Below are positions 19,430 to 28,549 of a stretch of DNA of 64,000 nt, piece after piece. The notes beneath the pieces were generated by a model. The model was not told where the DNA came from. It saw only the letters and a program-made list of their open reading frames with translations, and did no database searches. Made by a program: the position numbers and the translations under genes. Each line of letters starts with the position of its first letter. The first letter of the stretch is position 1. Source of the DNA: Desulfobacterales bacterium (lineage in GTDB: Bacteria > Desulfobacterota > Desulfobacteria > Desulfobacterales > ETH-SRB1); contig JAUWQO010000002.1 of the NCBI GenBank assembly GCA_030610995.1, positions 783 through 64,782 on the forward strand, given 5' to 3'.

Positions 19430-20604
19430 AATTTCCTCTTTTTCAGTCGTTGTTTCATGTCCCGGTCATATATGAACGTCAGGGGCGTCAGAATTCTGCC
19501 AAGAACCGGCAAGGGATCTTTGAGGGACAAAATGTCGTAGGATGTATTTTTATTCCAAAAGTGGAAATATTCGGGCATCAAACTCGCTCGCCTGGGATTC
19601 TTTATAAAATGGAGAATATCTCCCGGTAACATCCACCGGCATTGTTTTCCTACTTCGTAATCTTCGACAGGTTTGAACTTTTCATTGCGGGACATGCGAT
19701 AAATAAGATAAGGAAAATTAACACCCGCTTCTACAGACAGGTGTAATGAGCCCCAGAATCTCGGGTTGATCTCCATCAGTTTCGGCACACCGTCACGTGG
19801 GTCAAGCTTGAATTCAACCATGGCTACGCCAAACCAGTCAAGTTTTTTCAGTAAGGACAGAGCCATATCCCGAATATCATCGTACCGGGCGCTTTCTCGC
19901 AGAGTACTTGCTCCTCCCGTTACAGGGTATTCCCTTAATCGTTTGTGCACAAAGGATGCTTTTACCTGTCCTTTCTCGTCCAGAAGAAAAGAGGCGCCAT
20001 AGCCTGTACCCTCGCGGGGAATAAGTTCCTGAATCATGGGGTAAGGGAAATGTTTATGAACCGACATGTATTGTTCTATCAATTCCACGTAGTTTTCAGG
20101 GTAAGTTATCCCCACTGCGCCGGAACTTGTTTTGGGTTTTATGACTACAGGATATGGAAGCGTATCTTTTAGCTCGTTAAGCTGGGAGATATTTTCAATA
20201 TACCAGGTTTTTGGTATGGGAATCCCCTCTTTTTCGGCTAATTGAAGAACCTTGTCCTTACGCCGGGCAAAATCAAGCTTATCAAAGGATACAATCGGAA
20301 CATACGTCAAGCTTGAAAATTCAGAATGATGTTTTGATATGAGATCCATGGTTTCATCTTCCATGGGCAGGAGCATTTGATATGACCGGCGTGACAATTT
20401 ATTGTGAAGAAATTCCAGAAACTCCGCTGGTCTAAGGAGAGGTGAGGGATATACCACTGCCTGATGACAGTATCTGGAAAAAGCGGCAGTTGCCAGACGT
20501 GTGCTTTCGCCCACTGTAACCTTGATACCCTTTTCCCCGAGAGCCCGCACCGCTGCAAGCGACTTTCTCCAATGACCATCCGTAATGAAAACTTCAGAAT
20601 TCAT
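19426..20604 (-). CDS. ATP-grasp-fold ligase
   Basis: 392 aa. YPVVIKPKTSSGAVGITY and MVEFKLDPRDGVPKLMEINPRFWGS fit an ATP-grasp core. Confidence 0.65.
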   Translation of the reverse strand: MNSEVFITDGHWRKSLAAVRALGEKGIKVTVGESTRLATAAFSRYCHQAVVYPSPLLRPAEFLEFLHNKLSRRSYQMLLPMEDETMDLISKHHSEFSSLTYVPIVSFDKLDFARRKDKVLQLAEKEGIPIPKTWYIENISQLNELKDTLPYPVVIKPKTSSGAVGITYPENYVELIEQYMSVHKHFPYPMIQELIPREGTGYGASFLLDEKGQVKASFVHKRLREYPVTGGASTLRESARYDDIRDMALSLLKKLDWFGVAMVEFKLDPRDGVPKLMEINPRFWGSLHLSVEAGVNFPYLIYRMSRNEKFKPVEDYEVGKQCRWMLPGDILHFIKNPRRASLMPEYFHFWNKNTSYDILSLKDPLPVLGRILTPLTFIYDRDMKQRLKKRKL

Positions 20605-20982
20605 AATGAACTCTTTTCATATTTTTGAAGTGGGTTCAATAGATTTTTGATGGATAGTCGCTGTCACTATTTGTTCCTATTTACAGACTCAGACTTTTCT
20701 ATGCTGATTTCAAAACCAGTCACCCCACCATGATACACGATTTAATCTTGTATTTTTTCGTTGTTTTATATGAAGATATAGATCAGAGATAAATTGATTT
20801 GGTTTTATTGCTTGTAACTTCTTGTTATTTAATGATAATGCAACTTTATTACAGGATAGCATTAAAAACTTAATATTGAATTTTTGTCATTTTAGTTTCT
20901 GTTTTTTGGTTTCTATATTACCCTGGAAAAGTCTGAATATAGTTAAATTGTTGCGATTATTGTCATCCAACGGGATTTTGTG

Positions 20983-21177
20983 CTAATAGGTGGGTTGACA
21001 TATATCCGTTCTTTTGAGATCTTCTTCAGGACCGTCAAAACACACGGTCGACAATTTGAAGTTCAGCATTTCATCCGCTTCGTCAATACCTCCCGGCAAG
21101 CGGTCATACAGATCTTTTCCCATACCCACGTACTGTGAGGCACCCTGCCAGGCAAAAATGAATGCCTGTTTGCTCAT
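20983..21177 (-). pseudogene. fabD: fabD 5' fragment (64 codons), truncated
   Basis: MSKQAFIFAWQGASQYVGMGKDLY...DICQP matches the FabD N-terminus but stops after about 64 aa, and PGQGSQ is degraded to WQGASQ. AT-rich non-coding DNA follows. Confidence 0.7.
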
Positions 21178-21204
21178 ATGCTGTGTTACCTGACTAATAT
21201 TGGA

Positions 21205-22194
21205 TTACCATGTTATCAGAGCCGCACCCCAGGTGAGACCGGCCCCGAAAGCGGTAAGCAGCAGAAGATCGCCTTTTTTGAGCAGGTACCCTTTGTCCCG
21301 CATTTCACAAATGGCCAGGGGTATGGAAGCTGCGGAAATATTGCCGTAGCGGGCCACATTGGAATATACCCGTGCGGGATCGATTTTGAGTTTCTTGCCC
21401 ACCTGGTCAAGAATCCGCTGATTGGCCTGATGGGGAACCAGCCAACTCACCTCATCGATCGTCAGCCCATTGGCTGCCAGAATATTCTTACAGACCTCGA
21501 CCATCACGCGGACCGCGTGTTTGAAGACAGCGCGGCCTTCCATTTGCATGAAGTGCTGGCCTTCACCTATGTTCTCAGGCGTGAGGGGCGTTTCAGACGC
21601 TCCATGAGGAATGGTGATAAGCCCGCTCAGCCTGCCGTCGCTGCCCATCCTGAGGTCAGTGATTTTCGGCCGCACGCCATCATCCCGATTGACCACAAAA
21701 GCGGAAGCCCCGTCCCCGAAGAGAATGCAGGAGGAACGATCCTGCCAGTTTACCATGCGCGAGATGCGTTCGGACCCGCAGATAAGGATTTCCAAGGAAG
21801 GATCCTCTGTCAACAAACCGGTCGCCAGCCGCAGGCAATACAAAAAGCCAGAGCAGGCCGCCTGAAGATCGAAGCACCATGCCTTGGAAAGGCCGAGTTT
21901 GCCCTGAATAATGCAGGCTGTGGAAGAAAGTAAACGGTCCGGCGTGAAAGTGGCCAGCATGAAAATATCGATGTCTTCCGGCTCAAGACCAGCATCTTTC
22001 AGCGCTGCGGAGCAGGCGCCGACGGCCAGATCGGAATTGTGAGTGTCATCATCGGTGATATAGCGCTGCTTAATGCCAGTGCGGGTTGAGATCCATTCGT
22101 CATTGATATCAAGTGTTTTGGAAAGATCATCATTGGTAACTTTTTCCCCGGCAACGTATCGGCCGAGACCGGCAATTTTTATCGGATGTTTCAA
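21205..22194 (-). CDS. fabH: 3-oxoacyl-ACP synthase III
   Basis: Cys (AACSGFLY), His (VPHQANQRI) and Asn (YGNISAASIP) triad and the GAGLTWG C-terminus. The TTG start overlaps the stop of the plsX relic. Confidence 0.85.
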   Translation of the reverse strand: MKHPIKIAGLGRYVAGEKVTNDDLSKTLDINDEWISTRTGIKQRYITDDDTHNSDLAVGACSAALKDAGLEPEDIDIFMLATFTPDRLLSSTACIIQGKLGLSKAWCFDLQAACSGFLYCLRLATGLLTEDPSLEILICGSERISRMVNWQDRSSCILFGDGASAFVVNRDDGVRPKITDLRMGSDGRLSGLITIPHGASETPLTPENIGEGQHFMQMEGRAVFKHAVRVMVEVCKNILAANGLTIDEVSWLVPHQANQRILDQVGKKLKIDPARVYSNVARYGNISAASIPLAICEMRDKGYLLKKGDLLLLTAFGAGLTWGAALITW

Positions 22195-22657
22195 CGTGCA
22201 GGTTCTTTCTTCAAGAGAGAAGCATGAGCATTAATCTCGCCCATGAGACCTTCGGAACAGAATTTGGCGGTCGTACTGAGACCGTTGTGGAAGGACGGCG
22301 ACCCGAAAGCGCCGTGCAAAATGGTGCAAATGCCATTGACCCCGATAACATGGCACAACCGTACTGCTCATAAGCGAAACGGTTTTTCAGGTCCGTGAGC
22401 GTGCTTTTCGTGACTGCCCCGCCAAGCTTTTTTACGATACCTCTCTGAAAAACCTCATGTTTGATAATGCGCATTATGCTGCCAGCCATACTTTCCGCCA
22501 GTTTAAGAGTGACATTGCCAATGGAATCCTCACAAACGACCAAGTCCTGATTGCCCCGGAACATGTCCGTGCCTTCAACAAAGCCTTGGTAGTCAAAAAA
22601 GGATCTTAAAATGATAAAGGATAAGAACTTGCTTTTTGAAAGCGGGTGAATCCAAAA
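22191..22657 (-). pseudogene. plsX: plsX 3' portion, 5'-truncated and frameshifted
   Basis: DYQGFVEGTDMFRGNQDLVVCEDSIGNVTLK...YEQYG matches the PlsX C-terminal half. After a 1-nt frame change near 22345-22365 it continues as IGVNGICTILHGAFGS.... The N-terminal roughly 200 codons are absent. Confidence 0.7.
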
Positions 22658-23002
22658 TTATTGATTGTGTGTTGAACGCATGTAGATCGCAACATATAGA
22701 AGCCCATCGGTTGCGGCAACAATGGACACTTAGGTACCAAAGGCGAGCCAAGGTGTCAACCGCTATTTTCTACCAATTTCTTACCCAATTTCAGAAAATT
22801 GCAGGTATTTTGGGCAAAGCTCACCATTTGATCCTGGCAGACTGACGGTCGCATGAAGTACACCAAAGCCTTGCCCGGCGGGGATAGTTGAGCATAATCA
22901 ACAAACAAGCAAAAAAATTATGGCGAATACGTTTGATGGGGAACCTTAATCAGGCAATAACAGCCTACTTTTCAACATCCTTTTAAGGTCCCAACTTTAA
23001 TC

Positions 23003-23031
23003 TTGCACAAAAAAAGTTTCTTTGCTATAAT
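23003..23031 (+). promoter_or_regulatory. candidate sigma-70 promoter of the KR-ACP-TE-KS-CLF-rSAM-GT2 operon
   Basis: TTGCAC (23003-23008), a 17-nt spacer and TATAAT (23026-23031), about 50 nt upstream of the ATG at 23080. Confidence 0.4.
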
Positions 23032-23079
23032 ATGAGGTTAATTTCGTGTATTTTCCTTTATTTGGAATAAGATAATTTT

Positions 23080-23820
23080 ATGGAATTTAAGAATAAAAGA
23101 GTGATTATTACTGGAGCCACCAAAGGTTTGGGGAAAGCGATGGCTCTTGCTTTTGCCCGTGAAGGTGCCTGGGTTGTAATTAATTATTCATCTGATGATA
23201 AAAGCGCACTGGAGACAGAATCAGAAATAAAAAATATAGCGCCAAAATCCCTCCTTTTAAAGGCAGATGTTTCGTCCAGGACCGATGTCGAGAAAATGAT
23301 AAGCAATGTCCTGGAACAATGGGAATATGTGGATATTCTGGTCAACAACGCCGGAATTATCAGGGACAAATTGCTTATGTTTCTTAATGAGGAGGATTGG
23401 GATCGGGTGATTGATGTCAACCTGAAAGGCACTTATCTCTGTTCAAGGTCTATTATAAAAACGATGATAGGTAGAAAGTCCGGACGGATTATAAATATCA
23501 CGTCTCCTTCCGCACTTAAAGGCAGAATCTGCCAGACAAATTATTCGGCTTCGAAAGGCGCAATTATCTCCTTTACCAAATCTCTTTCCAGGGAGATGGC
23601 CAGGATCGGCATTACGGTAAATGCTGTTTGCCCGGGGGTCATTTCCACGGCTATGACAGAAAACCTGGATGAGAAAACGAAGAAAGAATTTTTAAATATG
23701 ATCCCAATGGGTAGATTTGGTAATCCGGAAGACATTGCCGAGGCTGTCCTTTTTTTGGCTTCAGAAAAGGCACGATATATTACTGGCCATGTGTTGGTTG
23801 TCGATGGTGGTTTGGGCTAA
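23080..23820 (+). CDS. fabG: FabG-like 3-oxoacyl-ACP reductase (SDR)
   Basis: TGATKGLG, NNAG and YSASK motifs; 246 aa. Confidence 0.85.
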   Translation: MEFKNKRVIITGATKGLGKAMALAFAREGAWVVINYSSDDKSALETESEIKNIAPKSLLLKADVSSRTDVEKMISNVLEQWEYVDILVNNAGIIRDKLLMFLNEEDWDRVIDVNLKGTYLCSRSIIKTMIGRKSGRIINITSPSALKGRICQTNYSASKGAIISFTKSLSREMARIGITVNAVCPGVISTAMTENLDEKTKKEFLNMIPMGRFGNPEDIAEAVLFLASEKARYITGHVLVVDGGLG

Positions 23821-23844
23821 AATAAAAATCGCAAGAGGTAGAGA

Positions 23845-24123
23845 GTGAAGGAAATCGTCAACAATTTAGAGGCATTGATCGAATTTCTCAAGAAAATGAT
23901 CATTGATACTCTTAAATTGGAAGATATCACTGTTGAAGGAATCGGGGATGATACCCCTCTTTTCAGGGAAGGACTGGGACTTGATTCCCTGGATGCCCTT
24001 GAACTTGTTGTGGCCATAGAGAAAAATTTCAATGTTATTATTGAAGATGAGAATGTTGGCAAAAAAGCTTTCGAGTCAGTCAGAGCCCTTGCTATATTCA
24101 TACAGGAAGAATATGGAGAATAG
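23845..24123 (+). CDS. dedicated acyl carrier protein (not AcpP-like)
   Basis: 92 aa, GTG start, LGLDSLDALELV phosphopantetheine site. Confidence 0.85.
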   Translation: MKEIVNNLEALIEFLKKMIIDTLKLEDITVEGIGDDTPLFREGLGLDSLDALELVVAIEKNFNVIIEDENVGKKAFESVRALAIFIQEEYGE

Positions 24124-24126
24124 CCC

Positions 24127-24549
24127 ATGCAATGGGTAGAGACAGAGGAGACAGTTCGATTTAACGAGGTAGATCAATGGGGTATGGTCTGGTACGGCCA
24201 CTACATGGCATGGTTTGAAGTTGGCAGAATGTTTTTACTGCGGCGATTCGATCTTTTGCCAAAGCAAATGGTTGAGTTAGGATATATTGCACCTGTAATC
24301 ACTTTAAAATGTGATTTTAAACACCCGGCAGCATGCGGAGACTTGATTATTATCAGGACAACGATAGTCAAGCCGGAAATTGCTGTCTTAACATTTAAAT
24401 TTGAGATATTGCTTAAAGAACAGGGCACTCTTTTGGCCCGGGGAGAGACTACGCAGGTTCTTTTAACAACCGATAATAAAATGATTTATCGACTGACAGG
24501 TGAACTTGAAAAGCGAATAAACAACCTGTTAAATTATTGTCAAAAATAG
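24127..24549 (+). CDS. hotdog-fold (4HBT/YbgC-like) thioesterase
   Basis: VRFNEVDQWGMVWYGHYMAWFEVGR N-terminal motif; 140 aa. Confidence 0.75.
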   Translation: MQWVETEETVRFNEVDQWGMVWYGHYMAWFEVGRMFLLRRFDLLPKQMVELGYIAPVITLKCDFKHPAACGDLIIIRTTIVKPEIAVLTFKFEILLKEQGTLLARGETTQVLLTTDNKMIYRLTGELEKRINNLLNYCQK

Positions 24550-24593
24550 TAAAGTATCTCAAATATACTCAAGAATTTATTCTGGGAAAATAG

Positions 24594-25817
24594 ATGAATA
24601 AAGATACATCCAGGCGGGTGGCTGTAACAGGTCTTGGTATAATCACGTCCATCGGGAATTCCGTGCCCGTGTTCAGAGAAGGGCTCTTCAGCGGAAAATG
24701 TGGAATTGAGCCGATATCGCTTTTTGACACCACCGGCTTTTCATGCCATTCTGCCGGGCAGATAAAAAACATAGATTTGGAAGGCTTTTTTAATCCCCGT
24801 GAGATAAAGCGGAATTCCAGGTGTGATCTTTTGGGGCTCATAGCAGCCGACGAGGCCCTGTCAGACTTCGGACTGGATATTGCAAAATACACCAAAGAGA
24901 GAATCGGTGTTGTTCTGGGAGGTGGTGCAGGCGGTATGCTCTCCTGGGAGAAATATCGGCGTGCCTTATGGTTAAAAACCAGACCAAGACCTTCCCTTCT
25001 TCTTCCCACTGCACCCTGCACCTTGACGGATCTTGTTGCCAGTCGCTATAAACTAACCGGATTAAGAGCTACCATTTGTACAGCCTGTTCTTCCAGCGCC
25101 ACGTCGATTGGTTATGGTTTCGACTTGATTCGCTCAGGTGACCAGGATATTGTTGTCACCGGTGGAAGTGAATCTCTTTCAGAATTAACTTTTTCCGGCT
25201 TCCATTCTTTAAGACTAATGGATCCTGAGTATTGCCGTCCCTTTGACAGGCACCGGCGCGGCCTTTCATTAGGGGAGGGGGCTGCAATCCTCGTACTGGA
25301 AGATTATGAGCGTGCTGAAGATAGGAATGCAACCATTTACGCAGAAGTGCTTGGCTATGCAACAAATTCAGATGCCGTACACATTACATCCCCGGATGCC
25401 GAAGGGATGAGCCGAACAATGGTACAAGCTTTAAGAAATGCAAATATCGATGTAGATCAAGTAGACTACATCAATGCCCACGGAACGGCTACCAGGATAA
25501 ACGATAAGATGGAAACCAGGGCTATAAAGAAAGTTTTTCACGATAAGCGCACAGGAGATTTAACAATTAGTTCCACAAAATCCATGGTTGGACACTGTCT
25601 TGGCGCTGCGGGGGCAATCGAGGGAGTAACTACAGTCCTCGCTTTGCATGAGCAGGTTGTTCCACCGACGATACATTTGGAGTTTCCTGATCCGGATTGT
25701 GATCTGGATTATGTGCCTGATTATTCCAGGAAAAAGGAAATTAATTTTGCCATGAGCAACTCGTTTGCATTTGGAGGGAATAATGCATCGGTTGTATTTG
25801 CAAGAAGTAAAGTATAA
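24594..25817 (+). CDS. FabF/FabB-type beta-ketoacyl synthase (active KS)
   Basis: Cys (CTACSSS), His (INAHGTAT) and His (KSMVGHCLGAAG) triad are all present. Confidence 0.9.
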   Translation: MNKDTSRRVAVTGLGIITSIGNSVPVFREGLFSGKCGIEPISLFDTTGFSCHSAGQIKNIDLEGFFNPREIKRNSRCDLLGLIAADEALSDFGLDIAKYTKERIGVVLGGGAGGMLSWEKYRRALWLKTRPRPSLLLPTAPCTLTDLVASRYKLTGLRATICTACSSSATSIGYGFDLIRSGDQDIVVTGGSESLSELTFSGFHSLRLMDPEYCRPFDRHRRGLSLGEGAAILVLEDYERAEDRNATIYAEVLGYATNSDAVHITSPDAEGMSRTMVQALRNANIDVDQVDYINAHGTATRINDKMETRAIKKVFHDKRTGDLTISSTKSMVGHCLGAAGAIEGVTTVLALHEQVVPPTIHLEFPDPDCDLDYVPDYSRKKEINFAMSNSFAFGGNNASVVFARSKV

Positions 25818-25840
25818 ATAAAAGAGTTCAAGAGTATTCA

Positions 25841-27061
25841 ATGATCGAAATTGCCGTTACAGGTATAGGTGTCATCAGTCCATTGGGTATAGGTCGGGAA
25901 ACCTTCTGGGAAAGCTGCCGGAAGGCAAAGACGGGAATAAAGAAGATCACATCCTTCGACACTACATCTTTACGATCTAATATAGCCGGCTGGATTGATG
26001 ATTTTAATCCACGGCACTTTCTGCCACCGAAAAGTTATCGGCGAATGGGTAGAGTTTCAAGGATGGCAGTTGCCTCCAGCGTGGAAGCATTGCAAGACAG
26101 CGGACTTGACATGAATAGTATCGACAGGGAAAGAATTGCTGTCATCATGGGAACTTCATACGGAAGCAGTTCTCATATAGAAGATTTTTATATAAGCCTT
26201 CTCGAGGAGGGACCTCGGGGAGCCCATCCTTTTCTTTTCCCGGAAACTGTACCTAATGCCCCTGCAAGCTATATTGCCATGTTTCATGGTATAACAGGTC
26301 CCAATAATACCTTCTGCCAGAACGAACTTTCCGCGGAAAATGCCATAATGTATGCCCGGAATCTCCTGTTGCAAAATCTGGTGGACGTTGTCCTGGTGGG
26401 TGGGGCTGATGAGTTGTCAGCAATGCAGTATACCTGTTATGATGCCGTAGGCGCCCTAAACAAGGTCAGGGCAGAAAAAGGTGAAACTATCAGACCCGAA
26501 CCCGGAAGCGGTCTTGTTCTTGGGGAAGGAGCCGGAATCCTGGTTATGGAAAGAATCGATGTGGCACGTAAGCGAGATGCAAAAATATACGGAGTGCTGA
26601 AATCGGGTGTCATCAGAGGTGGTATAACAGACATTGGGCATTATGAAATTGAAGGCGAGCAGATGGCACGGGCTGTATTTCTTGCTATAGAAGATGCCGG
26701 CATGGATCCATCTGAAATTGATCAGATAGATATTTCTGCCAATTTTACCGGTGAACTTGATAGAATGGAATATAACCAGCTCAGGAAAATCTTCATAGGA
26801 CGAAACAATAATCTGGAAGTGACGCCTTTGAAATATCTTATGGGTGATTTTGGAGGCGCCGGGATCAGCAGGGCGGCGGCTATTCTTCTGAGCATTTATA
26901 ACAAACTGCCTCTTCCAACCGTAAATGCTGAAGCATTAAGAAGTGAAGCCGGAAATTTCCCGGTGTGGAATACTTCCCCGACCGGCAAAACAGATACGGC
27001 CCTGATGACAAGTTCCACGTTTGGCGGTGGAACAAGCAGCCTGATCTTTGCCAGGAAGTAA
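25841..27061 (+). CDS. KS-fold protein lacking the catalytic triad (chain-length-factor-like partner)
   Basis: By manual alignment the Cys position is Glu162 (codon 26324-26326, TFCQNELSAEN). The His motifs read ISANFTGE and KYLMGDFGGAG. Confidence 0.8.
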   Translation: MIEIAVTGIGVISPLGIGRETFWESCRKAKTGIKKITSFDTTSLRSNIAGWIDDFNPRHFLPPKSYRRMGRVSRMAVASSVEALQDSGLDMNSIDRERIAVIMGTSYGSSSHIEDFYISLLEEGPRGAHPFLFPETVPNAPASYIAMFHGITGPNNTFCQNELSAENAIMYARNLLLQNLVDVVLVGGADELSAMQYTCYDAVGALNKVRAEKGETIRPEPGSGLVLGEGAGILVMERIDVARKRDAKIYGVLKSGVIRGGITDIGHYEIEGEQMARAVFLAIEDAGMDPSEIDQIDISANFTGELDRMEYNQLRKIFIGRNNNLEVTPLKYLMGDFGGAGISRAAAILLSIYNKLPLPTVNAEALRSEAGNFPVWNTSPTGKTDTALMTSSTFGGGTSSLIFARK

Positions 27062-27070
27062 TGAATAATT

Positions 27071-28462
27071 ATGAAAGTTCTTCTTGTCTCACCTAATATA
27101 GAGTCATTACCCGATCCCGTTTTCCCACTTGGTTTAGCATACATAACCGCCGCCTTGAAACAGAACGGAACGCAGTGCCAGATTCTGGATCTCTGTTTTG
27201 TCGAAGATTATGAAGCCTCGATTGCATATACCATAAAATCTTTCCAACCCGACATTATTGGCCTGTCGTTAAGAAATATTGATAACGTTAGCTATCCGAA
27301 TTATGTCACATACCTTCCTTTTTACCATCAGGTCGTGCAGGAAATCAGGAAGCAAAGCGAGGCGATCATCGTCGCAGGGGGAAGTGCTTTTGCCCTGTTG
27401 CCTGAATTACTTCTGGAGTATCTCGGTGCAGATTTTGGCATTGCAGGTGAAGGTGAATCCTCCTTTGTCAGGCTTGTTAACGATCTAAAAGGGGGGAAGA
27501 ACATACAGGATTTTCCTGAACCAAAAATTATAAACAATCATTCCGGAATCATTGAAGATCTGGATACCCTTCCACTTCCTGACAGATCAGAATTCGACAA
27601 CGAGGCCTATTTGAAATTTGGAGGAATGGGCAATATTCAGACCAAAAGAGGTTGTCCGTTCAAGTGTATTTACTGTACCTACCCGATCATTGAAGGAAAA
27701 AAGGTAAGATTACGGAGTCCGAAACTTGTCTGTGACGAGATTGAGGACATGCTGAAATACGGGACAGACAATATCTTCTTTGTCGATAACACGTTTAATT
27801 ATCCTACCAGTCATGCCGAAGCAATCTGCCGTGAGATCATTAATCGGAAATTTCCTGTTAAATGGAGTTGTTATGCCAATCCGGGATTTATCACCCCTAA
27901 TCTTATTGAATTGATGCTCGATGCAGGTTGCACGGGAGTGGAATTTGGGAGTGATGCCGCTCATCAGACCATGCTGGTCAATCTTGGGAAAAACTTTACT
28001 GTTGATGATCTCAGGAGTGCCTCGGACATTTGCAGGCAGAAGGGAATGTCATTCTGTCATTCCCTTCTTTTGGGAGGACCGGGCGAGACAATGGAAAGTG
28101 TACATCAAACAGTGAATGCCATACTTGAAATGTCTCCCACTGCCGCTATCTGTATGATTGGTATCAGGGTATTTCCGGGTACCCGGTTATCTTCCATAGC
28201 AGTGGAAGAAGGGACCATTCCGCATGATGCGGATTTTTTACAACCCGTGTTTTACCTATCCCCTGCCATAGAAAATGAAATTCTGCCATTCATCGAACAA
28301 TTTTCAAAAGAAAACCGGAACTGGATATTTCCCGGCATGAACATTAATATGAATGCAAATCTGCAAAGGAAACTGCGTCGTTTCGGAATCAAGGGGCCTT
28401 TGTGGGAGTACATGAAGACCGGAAAGAGGTTGAGGAGTATGCGTGAAAATCTGGGCAAATAA
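27071..28462 (+). CDS. B12-binding-domain radical SAM enzyme (class B), copy 2
   Basis: MKVLLVSPNIESLPDPVFPLGLAYI...AIIVAGGSAF Rossmann-like N-terminus and a CPFKCIYC cluster motif. Confidence 0.85.
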   Translation: MKVLLVSPNIESLPDPVFPLGLAYITAALKQNGTQCQILDLCFVEDYEASIAYTIKSFQPDIIGLSLRNIDNVSYPNYVTYLPFYHQVVQEIRKQSEAIIVAGGSAFALLPELLLEYLGADFGIAGEGESSFVRLVNDLKGGKNIQDFPEPKIINNHSGIIEDLDTLPLPDRSEFDNEAYLKFGGMGNIQTKRGCPFKCIYCTYPIIEGKKVRLRSPKLVCDEIEDMLKYGTDNIFFVDNTFNYPTSHAEAICREIINRKFPVKWSCYANPGFITPNLIELMLDAGCTGVEFGSDAAHQTMLVNLGKNFTVDDLRSASDICRQKGMSFCHSLLLGGPGETMESVHQTVNAILEMSPTAAICMIGIRVFPGTRLSSIAVEEGTIPHDADFLQPVFYLSPAIENEILPFIEQFSKENRNWIFPGMNINMNANLQRKLRRFGIKGPLWEYMKTGKRLRSMRENLGK

Positions 28463-28549
28463 CAGGTTTTTATTATGGCAAGAGGGATGGCGCATAATTT
28501 TTATTTGTGACGTTAGTGAGGAGTTTCATAGCGAAAGAGGTAATAGATA

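Noticed and set aside
21178-21933. 251-aa plus-strand ORF. Similar long antisense ORFs occur at 6247-6723, 13578-14177, 61005-61889 and 16339-16812.
   Set aside because: Each lies entirely antisense to a gene with clear family motifs (fabH, fabZ, the methyltransferase and AP-family genes, carB, MMPL). Their translations are low-complexity and show no motifs, so I treat them as shadow ORFs.
23080-25817. Reading fabG-acp-KS as the housekeeping fabG-acpP-fabF operon.
   Set aside because: The ACP is 92 aa and unlike AcpP. A thioesterase is inserted, and a triad-less KS partner, an rSAM and a GT2 follow in the same operon. It is a specialised pathway, although it may descend from the canonical operon.
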